A stretch of DNA of 64,000 nt from Ramazzottius varieornatus (GCA_001949185.1 BDGG01000008.1:1900761-1964760), one strand, 5' to 3'. Positions 13,401-25,727 are shown, numbered from the stretch's first letter. Numbers and translations are program-made. The notes: generated by a model from the letters alone, not told the origin.

Positions 13401-16400
13401 AGGGAAGTTTACCAATCGAGACACCCCCACAGGGGCTGTGGTTTTCCGTCCAAACCGGATGCAAACGCCTTCTGACGCTGTGTGACGTAAAAATATCCCT
13501 CTCCAGATTTCGAACCCCTTCAGGTTTTCCTGACGTTGCCACCGGACCATTGGTCAGACGGCCAAATGAATCCCCGTGTCGTGTTCGCAGATGTTCATCA
13601 CAGATCGCATCAGCCTTTCAAGACTGCCATTGGGGTCCCAAAAAATCCAGCTCGTTTCCTTAGCAATTCGACACGCAATCGTTCGTACGCAGAATGGGCC
13701 GCCGATACCCATATTTCGAAAATATTTCAGAAATCGGAATATCGATATTCCAAAGTTACAAATTCGACCGGCAAAGTGCAAAATCCGTAAATTATGACTC
13801 CTTCCTCCAAGTGACAAATTTAACTGTTTCGACCTCAAAGAACTCTTCACCTACAAACCGAAGCAAGTCCGAACGCCGTTTTCCCTAAGAACCACGTCCC
13901 GGACAAAATGGAAGCCGAATAACCTAGAATCGAAGGTTCCCTTCCCCGAAGAGCTTTCTCTAATTCAAATATCCTCTTCAGGAGCACTTGATGAGTAATC
14001 TTCCCAGCATCGCTAGTAACTGCCTTAACCAAATTGGCTGGTTGGTTTCGAAAATAGTGTAAAGTTCCATGAGCTTCGCGAAGCACGCCATCAGACGTGT
14101 ACATTCAAACCCCGGTCCGAGAATTTTGCCGTACCAACCCCCTACGGTATGTTTCGCGAGTACGGTGACGTGCTCTGCGAAGTTCATGAAGCACTACAGT
14201 ATCTGGAGAAAAAGCAGGGACTAATCGAGCAGTGGGCCGGTGGGGCTCGGCCCACTGAAAGCCTCAAAAGCTGGCCCCACGGGCCAGCCTTTTTTGTTTT
14301 CTAAAGCGGAGGAAAAAATCCGGGCCACTGAGCCAGCCAGAGGCGGGCGCCACCCCTCCTTACAATCGAGGGGGAATTGTAGTTAGAGAATAACGTGCCC
14401 CACCGTCGATATGCTCAATGCGCCCACAACTAGCTTTCTAGCTAACCAGCTCGACAACGGTTCTGCTACTGATAAGTACCTCGTACCGCAAACATGCTCG
14501 TAGCCATTGGCCGTATTAGAAGAAGAGTAGCACTACCGCAGCTCCCGAAAAGAATTATGGGCCCCGAAAACGATGCATTGTTCAGGAATGGTAACTGAGA
14601 GTTTGGGTTAGTGAGTGACACAGTCGAAAACGGCTTGACCAGAAGCCAGCAACCGCATATCCGGGGATCTTCCACGCTCTGTAACCTGCTGTCCTTCTTG
14701 TAGACAAAGATCAGGCAGGCGGCAACCGAACGTGACTGTTTATTCTTCCCTGCTGGAAAGATGAAAAAATGCGCGCTTTTGAGTGACAAGTTTAAACGAA
14801 TTGTGAATTTTTGCATCTTGTACTGTAGTAGATAGACTGAACTATCACTACACTATCGCGCTTTGCAGCCGAGTACCTCTCCAGTTGCAAACCTGACCTT
14901 AAACAAAAAGGTATGTCGGCTGATGTCGCGTGAAAAGCTGTCTCAAATAATGCATGAGTACGAGCTACGTACGAGCTATGAGTACGGGAGAGCGTGGACC
15001 AAAGGTAGCTCATACTTCCTTGTCCGGACCGGCCAGTTTTAGCGGTTGATTGATTGAACAGGCTACATGCCTGTCACATGACCGCAAAGTACAAGGTATG
15101 CTCTAAAGGATGACGTTTGAGTCATTCGGACGACGGGATCAGGAGATATGAGCAGGCAACGAAGACGATAGGCTGACGATGGAATATGACCGCGACTGTA
15201 ACTTCACATCGTTCTGATCATACTGTTTCTACTTTACTTTTACTACTTTATGTTCTCGATGGAATATCTGTCATTCTGAAACAGCTGGAAACAGCTCTGA
15301 TTGTGAGGGAACAAAACTGAGATAATAATTAGAATACTACATGTAAACTACCGTTCTGCAAAACCTAACCGCGGTGCGGTGTCAGCACATGTCACGTTCC
15401 TCAAACGTGGCATGTGCTGCCACCCCATACCGCAGCATCGACCGAACTGTGATGGAAAAACAGCTATGCCCGAATTGTGGAGTTTACCTCGTAACAATTC
15501 TCACAGAGTACCGAAATTTAGACTTTGGGACTTACGTATATAGTAGTGAGTGACATTTGAGCCGTGGAAAGAGTAAGTCAGATCTGACGTCGCGAAATGC
15601 GATTCATGTGACTCCGCCCTATCCTCGCCAGAAGCCTGTGGCGAGCACGTGGACCGTTACAGAAGCCAGGCGTCAGCGCGGGGGCCGAAGTGTGGAAGTG
15701 AGCGACATTGTGAAGTGGGCCCCATGTTGGAAGTCTTTTGGCTACAGCAACGCTCAATCAACAGTCAGCATGGCCGTTGATTTTGCTGCCTCAAGACCTT
15801 CATGTGGGGACCACTTCACAATGTCGCCCACTTCCACACTTTGGCCATCGCGCTGACGCCTGACAAGCGGTTCGGCATGGAAAAATGCACTACCATATGT
15901 ACAGGACTCTGGGAGGACGGCAGTTTGTGTTTTCGTCGGAAAAAGCTCGACCTGGTCATTTCTATATCTGTCTACGCTTTTCTGTTCATGAAGGCTGGCC
16001 GTTTCAAGTTGAATGGGGGCGCACTGTAAATCATACTCCCAAATTTCGGGATGGTAGTGACTGGTCTTATTTGGACACCTCCTGTTTCGACCAGTTAAAA
16101 AAGGCGAAAGTAATTTTCCCACCTGATATTCTCAAAGCAGGAAATCACGTGGTGCTTAACGTGTTAAGGAAGTGCTTCTACCCACTGTTGCATTTTGTCG
16201 GCGCAGTGAACAGCGAGACGAATCAACTGACTGTCCCGCGGTACTTGCTCCTCGTTGCTACAATGCGCAGGTACTCGTTCTAACTCTTTCAGCGGGGATC
16301 CTCGCGGTTACCCATCCTGAGGCTTTCATGCGGAACGCATTGTACAAATACTCCGAAGCGACACAACGTGAATAGGAATTCATGCGGGCTGATCGAAATA

Positions 16401-18882
16401 TGTACGTTCAGAATGTACTTTGGAATCGGTGATTTACTCTACTAGGGCTGGCAAAAATACGATAAAATTCGATACGATATTTTTCGATACCATATCGACG
16501 GATATTTTATTGCGCACTTCGATATTCATTCAATATCGATATTTCGATACGATATTTTTCCGTTACCGTATTTTCGATATATCGTATCATATCCCAGCGA
16601 TATATCGATATTTCTGGAATTTTAGTTTTTCGGAATTTCACTGGTCCAAACCCAAAAACTCAAGAGCCAATTTCGACATAGAGTATTAGTAAGATCGAAA
16701 GCGTCGGATGCAGCAAAGACATGATTATACCACGACTTTTAAACACATGGAAAGCTGGACAGAATTAGTACCAGAACCGAATGGATGGAGTGTGCTCGGT
16801 AGACCATGGCTAAAATCAAGTTTTGGAATCAACCATGGTCTTCGATAAACGAGATATCAGTGGCGAGTTTGCAATTCAGCAAAATACCGATATATCGAAA
16901 ATATATCGATATAGCGCGATACGATATCGCCGAATATTTTATTGCATCATTCGATACGAGTTTCATATCGATATTTTCGATACGATATCTGCCGTATATT
17001 TTATCGCAAAGATTCGATATATTTCGATACGATATCGGTATACCGTATCGTTACCAGCACTATACCCTTCATTCCTCCTTGTTTGCCATCGCGCAGCGTT
17101 CCGATAAGCACTCCATTGATCGAACATTGAGCGCACTTGAAAACGTTGAAACTCACCGCAAATGAAAAGTAGCGAAAAATACCGGCCATGAAAGAATTAG
17201 ATTAGCTCTCGATCTGAATTCACTCAAGAGCCGCTTGATATGTCTTTTGATAGAAGAATGATGGGAAATTGTCCAGTAAAATTTTCGACCAATATACTCA
17301 GACTGAACCAGAAAATTATCAGAAAAAGAATCAGTTTTCCCATATGCACGGAAAATGCCGGCCATGAAGAATTAGATTAGTCTCGATCTGAATTTAATAG
17401 AGAGCCGCTTGATACGTCTGTCGACAGACATATAAAGCGGCTCCCTAGTAAAGTCAGATCGAGAGCAAATCTAATTTTTTCATGGCCCCTATTTTTTGCT
17501 TCTTTTCTTTTCCGGTGAAATTCAACGTTTTCAAGTGCGCTCAGTGTTCGATCAATGGAGTGCTTATCGGAATGCTCGCGATGGCAAACAAGTAGGAATG
17601 AAGAGTAGATCACCGATTCCAAAGTACATTCTGAACGTACATATTTCGATCAGCCCGTATGAATTTCCTTTCATGTTGTGTCGCTTCGGAGTATTTGTAC
17701 AATGCGTTCTGCATGAACAAATACATCTTCAACCATACGAAAAGCTACTCCGAGCTAGACACCCAAACCTCCAAAACCCACAACCGTTCTCGCCCACTTC
17801 CACACTTCGGACCCCGTAGCGACGCTTGGTAAGACGCACACCTGCCCACCGGTCTCGTTGAAAGCTTCACCTTACTTCATGGACCGTCTTTTCCAAGCTC
17901 TTGATATTCTGGCTAAGAGGTAAAAGTAGCGGACTTGTCCATGTAGAATCGCATGTTAAAGTTGTTCACCCGAGATCTCCTCATCCGCCGATCAGATTTC
18001 GCTATTTCTTGGTTTATTCGATAGGGAAAAGCCTTTACCTGTTTGTGAAACATGGTAGACACGAAAGAAATGCTGATTCTTCGAGAAATATCCGCTGGGA
18101 AGAGGAAAAGTCAGTACAATGTTAAAAATCCTGTTTTGGAAAAATTAGCTGATATTAATCAACCGAGTTACGATACACATGCATGCGTAAACTTTTGAGG
18201 CTGGACAAGTTCACCATGCGATTTCATATGGACTTGTCCGCTACTTTTACCTCGTAATCACAGTCTAGATTTTTTCTTATCCCGCAATGCGTAGGAAAAA
18301 CGTTTCTCCTGCTTCCGTCAAATTCTTAGATCATACTGTAACTTAATCACCACACCCGTAACCCGTCCATGGTGCTTGGAACTTCTCCAACGTAAACAGC
18401 GAGCCGCAGGCGAGCCAACTCTTGTACCATGTATCGTAACGAAAGGAGGCAGAGTCATCGTTTAGGTCTTTCACCTCCGTTGTCGGCCCATAGATCCGAA
18501 TATCGTGACGTCAGATCTGACTTACTCTGCCCACGGCTCATCTGCTTCATCGGTTAAGCTTATGTAGTGCACTCTTACTTGAGGAATAGATGACCGAAAA
18601 TCCCTCTGTTCGATCCAGAATCTCTGTGATGTTGCCGGCCATGAAAATTATCTGAACTGCCCCATCTGCACAGCTGATGAGCCCACCATTGTAGTAGACG
18701 GTGTATAGTGTAGAGTTATGAAAGACGTCTGGGTATATCATCTTGGCTCTTTCCAGTGCCGCGATGTACGCCGGGCCAGTTGAGATGTATCCGTACAAAG
18801 GATTTTGACCAGTGTAAACAGTGATAATGTTCAGTTTGAACGCCGATACAAGAAGTTGGGTCCACGGGAACCACATTAACAT
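7434..18882 (-). CDS. ANF/natriuretic-peptide-receptor-type single-pass receptor lacking kinase-homology and guanylate cyclase domains
   Basis: Spliced model: exon 18882-18579 (signal peptide, GPAYIAAL), 10870-10829 (CSTETMMLGDFAR), 10749-10725 (EWNIPIFS), 9268-8951 (TAGDSRITNKQRYPT...LDRFGWRTV), several small exons, then PPLDRPACGY, TM GTIVGVLAGLVVPIIIL and tail ...WWALNVKEL...VVEY* (stop 7434-7436). Phases checked at the first four junctions. Confidence 0.8.
9311..10665. repeat. Long degenerate inverted repeat (arms ~9311-9570 and ~10415-10665) inside receptor intron 3
   Basis: Reverse complement of the right arm aligns with the left arm, about 80% identity over a 126-nt block aligned by hand (e.g. 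cgttgcctttggctg, cgtgacagg, cctggcaaag). Confidence 0.8.
10979..11183. mobile_element. hAT-type MITE
   Basis: TIR CATGGATGCCG...AAGTTCGTGCCATGAT / ATCATGGCACGAACTT...CGGCATCCATG; 8-bp TSD gttcaggc/gtgcaggc. Confidence 0.85.
11466..11530. repeat. 10-bp minisatellite (TTTACCCAYA-like), about 6 units
   Basis: tttacccaca tttacccatg tttacctata tttacccgta tttacccata. Confidence 0.8.
12432..12870. mobile_element. Non-autonomous TIR element with ~100-bp degenerate TIRs
   Basis: ggccgaaagatagaaaagagtctctt...gaactacagga versus tcctgtagttt...aagagactctcttctatcgtttcgcc; a second copy lies at 21036-21402. Confidence 0.7.
13082..13241. mobile_element. Short CGATA-rich hAT MITE related to 16443-17062
   Basis: Starts CAGTGCTGGCAAA, ends TTTTCGGCAGCCTA, with CGATA/GATATC repeats inside; TSD not convincing. 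Confidence 0.6.
15667..15862. mobile_element. Foldback MITE, TIR CAGGCGTCAGCGCG
   Basis: ~80-bp arms (gtgtggaagtgagcgacattgtgaagtgg / ccacttcacaatgtcgcccacttccacac); a fragment of the same family lies at ~17788-17828. Confidence 0.8.
16325..17717. mobile_element. Foldback element with ~270-bp TIRs, left arm interrupted by a hAT MITE
   Basis: 16325-16442 plus 17063-17220 are the reverse complement of ~17455-17717; internal ~60-bp direct duplication (ccggccatgaaagaattagattag). Confidence 0.85.
16443..17062 (+). mobile_element. 620-bp CGATA-rich hAT MITE, copy 1
   Basis: Ends TAGGGCTGGCAA / TTACCAGCACTA; TSD tactctac/tacccttc, both one change from the empty site tactcttc read from the host's right TIR. 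Confidence 0.92.
17916..18254. mobile_element. Tc1/mariner-type MITE
   Basis: TIR GAGGTAAAAGTAGCGGAC...GAATCGCATG / CATGCGATT...GTCCGCTACTTTTACCTCG, flanked by TA on both sides. Confidence 0.75.
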
Positions 18883-19651
18883 GAACTCAACCTCAACGGG
18901 GAGTTTCGGTTGACCAGTCATCCTGGAAGGTCATGAGCGCAGGACTTCAATCGTGCACCATCTATGATCAACACATGTTGAATGTTCCCACCAGGCCAAG
19001 CAAACACTATAAGGTTTTTAACTACCGCGACGCACCGATTATTGATTTCGTCGACATCGATCACTGCTTCCTACAGTACAATGATTGAATGCTCTTGTGC
19101 GTCGGAAAACGCACTGAAGAACAACCGTGCTAATAGGGCACTACAGTATCGACAGTCACCGTAAAACTGATTGATCCATACCACTTTAAAAAATAAACCA
19201 CGAAACCTAAAAGAGAGCAAAGTCGTGACGTTGTCGGTTGTATCCAGCCGACTCCGGAGAGTTCGAGGTCCTCAGTCTATCAAATCGGGGCTAATAGCCA
19301 GGGTGTAGAAGAGACTGTTGTTGTCCTGCAGAAGGTGGGCGGGTGGTGGGAACTCTTTGACTCTTCCTTGATCCATAACCATCAAGTACCAACGCCATCA
19401 TCGTTATGCCAATCTTTCTGTGTCTTTGAGCCCCCCGGTTCATTTGGAACCGATTTGCCCGCTTCATAAAACCATAAACCGTAGTTGCAGCACGGTTCGG
19501 CGATATTTTCAGCCTGTTGCCCAGCTCTCTTCAGTATCGCTTTGCACGATCCATATCCGACTCATAACTGGAGCCCGGTTTAACCATCCTTATCAACTTT
19601 GCGTGAAATCTCGTTCAGAGCGTGTTTTAAAATTTTTCGTGCAGTCTCCGT

Positions 19652-20232
19652 TAGGGTTGTTAATGGATGGTTAAGTGGTTAAACCGATAAATGGGCGGAT
19701 GGATGGAACCGTCAACCGGATTGTTGCTGGATGGATGAGATCTCCATCCGGATGGTTGATGGATGGATGGATGGACCACCTATCCGGATGATCCGATTTC
19801 CAACCGGATAGCGTACCGAATTATTTAAATAACTCGAAATAAAAAAATTGTCAGAAGGGGGCGTAAAGTGGGCGTTTCGAGATGGCGGCTCCAGCAACCT
19901 GTTTGTATTCGATCGGACCTCGGGTATTCGAGCGGAACAGAGTCCGGATTGCTCCTAGCTTTGATCGATATTCATTTGGTAGACTGGTTTGAATCCCTGT
20001 CCAAGCCACGGTTTTATCCGGATAAAAAGTTGGGCGAATGAAAATCCCCCCGTCCGGATTGCGTCTGGATGGATGGATTTCTATCCGGTTGGGGGATGGA
20101 TGGATTTCTATCCGGTTGGGGGATGGATGGATTTCTATCCGGTTGGGCGATGGATGAGAAGCTCATCCAATCCGATTTCTATCTGGATTGATCCGGATCC
20201 ATCCGTGCTCGGACTAGATCTTAACAGCCCTA
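19652..20232. mobile_element. GGAT/ATCC-rich hAT MITE
   Basis: TIR TAGGGTTGTTAA / TTAACAGCCCTA, 8-bp TSD gtctccgt/gtatccgt, and three tandem 27-bp units ggatggatggatttctatccggttggg at ~20067-20147. Confidence 0.9.
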
Positions 20233-21035
20233 GTATCCGTTGACCTGGTTCGTCAAGTACTCACTATCGCACCGGGTAGATCAATTCAGGGTCAGAAGCT
20301 CGTAAGGCTGTATGGATTCAAATTGCCTGACTGTAATTGAGACAGTGAATATCGATCTCACCGCGTGCTGTTCATGTTCGCACTCAGAGGATGAGGGATA
20401 GTCAGGACGGTACAGTCGGCAAACTGCTCACGAGTGGTTGTAAGAATCAGTGTCCAGGTCGATAGCTGCTGTTGCTTCGTCCAGGATCAGAATCCTACTC
20501 TTCCGCAAAACAAGGTACGCGCCAAAAAAATAAGCTGCCTTTGTCCCATACCAAAGCCAAAATTAATCCAAAATCCTAACGACGGATGACCACAGTTTTT
20601 TTCAAGAAAGAAAAGGGCCCCTCTAACCTGAGATTCTCGCCGCCTTCAGCCATAACATGTTGCAGTCCCTTTTCCAGTGATCTTACTGTACGTAATTCTA
20701 GAGGCGCGCATGGACCAATGCGTTCCAAATGTTTTCGTCGGTTGACGCCTCAATCGGGTCCAGATTCATCCTGAGTGGCCCACGGAACAAGACAGGCTCC
20801 GAAAAATCCAGTGTTCAAATTTCAGAACAAATTAAAACGGCGTAACACAACGGGCGAGGTGTCACTCGTACGGCTTCATTACCCAGGCGACAAAAAATCT
20901 GGATGAGACTAAATTAATGTTAACCGACGGACAGATCAGTCCATTTGAATCTTACTGACAAGTCTTCTTACGCGTATGAAATAAGCAGTGGGGCAAAGTA
21001 ACTCACAATGGGATTCTCGATGGGTCAGACGGTGT

Positions 21036-21402
21036 GAACTATAGGACTTGGAAATGACCGTCCATTGACTGCTCCAGTATGCTGTAGTGACGTAGAGCTC
21101 TTTGATTGGGAGTGTTGGTTGAAGGCATTACGAATTCGTTGCCCAGCTGATCAACAAGATGACCGAATAGCGCGCCAAAACCAGGTGAAGATGCATGAGA
21201 GCACACTATACGGTTCGAATCTGACGGAACAGCTGATCGGCTGAATTGCAATCTGTTCAATCACACTTCCCATCAATGAGGCTACGTCACTGCAGTAGTT
21301 GAAATCCGTCACTTCCTATTCCTGTAGTTTATTCCAGGATCCTTCGGGGATTTAGCTCCCTAGCTCAGATCATAGAAGAGTCTCTGTTCTATCGTCTTGC
21401 CG
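21036..21402. mobile_element. Truncated copy of the 12432-12870 TIR element
   Basis: Colinear similarity (gaactataggacttggaaatga...cctgtagtttattccaggatc...ttctatcgtcttgcc). Confidence 0.8.
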
Positions 21403-22308
21403 GAACAGTGCCTAAATTTGACAGTTTTGGAATTCCAATATGACAATTGAAAATCGGATAAAAAAATTTCAATATTGATTAGAATTGAATTGGAATGCCA
21501 AACAAGCAGAGTATTCTAATGCACAATTCAAATCGCAAGAACTGATGACTGAAACCATCAAATTCGGACTAAACAATCCGGCCAGTTTCAGCTGCGCATA
21601 ACTACCGTAAATCTGCACGTTTAAACCAGCCGGTTAATGCTACCGATTAGGAGGGCCACACATCTGCTGATACCATCCGAGGTCAGAAGTATGCTTGCTA
21701 CTGCTAGTCCGGACCTGATTTTCGCAGAACTGTCCGCCTCGGTTTCGCTGTATTGATTGTTGTTTGGAGAAGAAGGCAAATTTGTTTTTTGGAAGAGAAG
21801 CCGAGGGTATTTCTGGAAACTCAAACGTGTAGGTCTCTTCACTGCCTGTTCTAGCTCTGATACAGTAGATTGACTATACACCATGGACAAGCAGGCCAAA
21901 GGGAAGCGGAAATCCGAAACGCTGAAGAAAGGCAAGAAACCTCCGAAGGGTAATTCGGGCAGCCAAACCGTCGTGGATTTGGCTGATTCTCCTGACGATC
22001 CCCTGCCTTCGCCATCAGTGTCAGCAACCAGTGAACCAAGCGATGCGGTCACTGGAACCCCAAATGCTGGAGATATTATGGCTATTGAAATTACACAGAA
22101 ATCTCGCGACAATCGTGATAATTTTAATTGCTGAGACCAGCAGAATTTTAATTGATTGAAATTGACGATTTGGAGCAGAACATCAGTCAACAGTTGAAAT
22201 TTGTACCGCCAAGAGGATTGCGATTAATCGTAATGGCACTTAGAATTCAAAAGTCGTATTGGAACAACACTGGTTCATCCGGAAATTCAGAACAACCGAA
22301 GTGATGGG

Positions 22309-22928
22309 TAGGGCTGGCAACGATACGGTATACCGATATCGTATCGAAATATATCGAATCTTTGCGATAAAATATACGGCAGATATCGTATCGAAAATAT
22401 CGATATGAAACTCGTATCGAATGATGCAATAGAATATTCGGTGATATCGTATCGCGCTATATCGATATATTTTCGATATATCGGTATTTTGCTGAATTGC
22501 AAACTCGCCACTGATATCTCGTTTACCGAAGACCATGGTTGATTCCAAAACTTGATTTTAGCCATGGTCTACCGAGCACACTCCATCCATTCGGTTCTGG
22601 TACTAATTCTGTCCAGCTTTCCATGTGTTTAAAAGTCGTGGTATAATCATGTCTTTGCTGCATCCGACGCTTTCGATCTTACTAATACTCTATGTCGAAA
22701 TTGGCTTTTGAGTTTTTGGGTTTGGACCAGTGAAATTCCGAAAAACTAAAATTCCAGAAATATCGATATATCGCTGGGATATGATACGATATATCGAAAA
22801 TACGGTAACGGAAAAATATCGTATCGAAATATCGATATTGAATGAATATCGAAGTGCGCAATAAAATATCCGTCGATATGGTATCGAAAAATATCGTATC
22901 GAATTTTATCGTATTTTTGCCAGTGCTA
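22309..22928 (-). mobile_element. 620-bp CGATA-rich hAT MITE, copy 2, inverted relative to copy 1
   Basis: Near-identical reverse complement of 16443-17062; TSD gtgatggg/gcgatggg. Confidence 0.93.
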
Positions 22929-23674
22929 GCGATGGGTGATCTTACTGAAGTCAGGAGGTCGTATGTCACTCTCCATTTATTGGTAACTTCAATGTTACAT
23001 TCGAATGAAACATTGAAGTCCATTTTCCATGCCATTATTTTTTGCTGGAAACATTTTTGTACGAGACATAGTACCGTTAGATTGGTTGATGAAATAGACT
23101 TCGTTGTTGTAGTCCCGCAGTTGTACGTTCTCGAGCATGAACCGGTCCATTTGCTATCGTGCTACAATGATGTTAGACCCAGCGATGGAATCCTGAAAAT
23201 GCGAGTACAGATCGGACTTCGGCTAGTAGACTATAGCCGTGTCAGTTGTCGGCTGATATGGATATGGAAACGTTGCATATAGTAAATCAGGCCTAACGGA
23301 ACCACGGCCTTAAAAAAAACATTCACAGCGGCCGAAGAACCAGAACATTTGGAAGGTACGGTGCATGACGACACGGATGGGTCTGTGGACCATCATACCA
23401 AGAGAACGTCCCGTTAGTCACTTGAATAGCGATGGCTTCACCGGGCGGAAGCTTAAGACGATTAACGGAAGTGAAGTCGAGTTCTTGGTTAAGAAGGAAG
23501 ATCCTCACACGGGTCATCGATATCCTGGCCTGGAAAAAGAGAGAAATTCATCACTACTGAAACCCTTCTGCTTCGCATCAGAGTTTGACTGGTGGGTCAT
23601 ATCCCACAGTTCCGACGTGACACTATTTCATCGGGAGTAACCATCCAGGTGAACCAGTTTCTACCGCTTTGCTA

Positions 23675-23884
<210 letters not shown>

Positions 23885-24366
23885 CTATGAAGGACGACAA
23901 CGCCGTCAAACATGCAACCTTCTTCGACGTTCCCAGCTAAAAATATGATCAACGCGGTTCCGATAAAAAGGTACTGATTTCAATCAATAGGGAGCCGGAA
24001 CATCGGAAGCAACACGATACTTGTTTTTATCTAGGGTGTGCAGAACTTGCTTCTCGAACGATGGTTCTCATGCGTCGAGCGACGCCCTGATCGAGCTTTT
24101 TGCCGAGCTGCCACGCACGTGTGTCTTCGTCTATCTGGCCACGAGCTGATCCAGCTCGGATCAGCGGTACCATTACTGGCCAGTATGTGTATTTCGAACT
24201 GACATCTCTAGCCCACACCAGGAATGTGGAAGGTTGCTTGATCATCAAGACAGAAGTGCCCTCTCCCAGAGCACAGGTTTACGACCATCGATGCACCAGT
24301 GGACCACCGCGGAAAACAACTGCTTCGCCACAATGAACCAAAAGTCGTAAAGTTATAAACGGCAGT

Positions 24367-25727
24367 TCAGAAATCGGCAAAGTCCCTCGCGTATTTGTCT
24401 ACAGGCGATGTAGCAATCGGTTCCTCATCGTAGGAATCGAAATTACTGGCATCACCGGGACCCTTGGTTTTCGGGACGAATGGCGCTGGTATCTTCCGGT
24501 GGTAGAGGGCTAGCCAGTCGGTATCGTTGAAGAAAGGATGGTTCTTGACGTCGTTTGCTCCATTCTTGAGGTTTCCATACCTCTTCGTTACATCGACTTG
24601 CAGGATATTCTTGACAATGTCTTTCAAATCGTTGGAGAAGTGCGATGGGTACTTCACTTTCCCGCTGACAATCTTGTTGTAAGTCTGGATGGGTTGGTCA
24701 GACATGAAGGGCGGTAGACCGGCGGCCATCTCATAGATCAGAACCCCGACGGCCCACCAGTCGACCGCCCTGTTGTAACCCTTACTCAGGATAATTTCCG
24801 GTGCGAGATAATCTGCAAAGGCGAATCGTTATAAGGCTGAATCTGTCGCGACGGCGGAAAGCTGACCACAAAATGCGAGCTCGGCAAACGAACTCCCTTA
24901 GATTTTTGTCCCCTAAGTGGCGAACATTCTCAGTGTTATTGGTTGTAAGTGTGCGCCACTTAGAAGAGCGATCTTCTCGAGTTCGTTTGTCAAGCTGTAA
25001 ATGTAGAAAACTGGATCACAGGCTCCATGGCTATACTCAAGTCTGTGTCACAAACACCAACAGTTCGACTGTGATACGTCTCAGTATTAACAGGAGAACT
25101 ACCTGGTGTTCCGCACAGCGTCCACGTTCTCGACTTTATCCTTTTTGCGAACCCAAAGTCTGTTATCCGGACATATCCCAGATGATCAATGAGAAGGTTC
25201 TCCGGCTTGAGATCACGGTAAACCAAGTCAAGGCAATGTAAGTACTCGAAACCCATCACAACTTGCGCGGCGTAGAACCTTGTCTGAGGTTCGGGAAACT
25301 TGCCAAAATTTCGAAGATGTGAGAACATCTCTCCGCCGGAAATGTACTCGATGCACATGAATAAGCTGCAGTTATCCTGAAAGTGCGCAAGCATGCTGAC
25401 GCAGAAGGGAAAACGAATGGAGTACAACACCTGCTTCTCGTTCATCGTGTGCTCAACTTGCTTCATCTTGACGATCTTGTCCTTGTCCAAAATCTTCATG
25501 GCCATGAATTCGCCTCCATGTTTGCTTTTGACAAGTAAGACTCGACCGAAGGATCCAGCGCCCAACGTCTTAATTCGGTCGAAGTCGCTGACAGTTTTGT
25601 TCAACGCCGAGTTCTTCGTCTTCCATCGGTCGATAAACTGTCGCTGGCCTTCGACTAATATTGCACGCCAAGCTGGGTCCTTCGCAATTTCCGCAAAATC
25701 ATTGTCGAATTCCGAAGAGTCTCCCAT
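24367..25727 (-). CDS. Pka-C: cAMP-dependent protein kinase catalytic subunit paralog
   Basis: Exons 25727-25103 and 24812-24367. [39 protein letters not shown]-terminal FDSYDEE...FADF. Confidence 0.95.
24912..24963. repeat. 53-bp palindromic dispersed element, copy 1 (PKA intron)
   Basis: cctaagtggcgaac attctcagtgttattggttgtaagt gtgcgccacttag. Confidence 0.75.

Larger units (their letters stand above)
15558..18540. mobile_element. ~3-kb TIR element hosting nested insertions
   Basis: TGAGCCGTGGAAAGAGTAAGTCAGATCTGACGTC at the left end and GACGTCAGATCTGACTTACTCTGCCCACGGCTCA at the right end; no TSD seen. Confidence 0.75.

Noticed and set aside
14230-14330. Short CAGTGGGCCG / CGGGCCACTG inverted repeat
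   Set aside because: Possible MITE remnant, but no TSD and no second copy in the window.
16420-17189. I/R/Y/D-rich ORFs, mirrored at 22240-23035
   Set aside because: Translation artefacts of CGATA repeats in non-coding MITEs.
20067-20147. 27-bp direct repeats resembling a CRISPR array
   Set aside because: Head-to-tail without spacers, inside a MITE, in eukaryotic DNA, with no cas genes.
21883-22134. Lys-rich 83-aa ORF
   Set aside because: No domain recognised and it sits inside the pseudogene/TE zone; likely a TE fragment.
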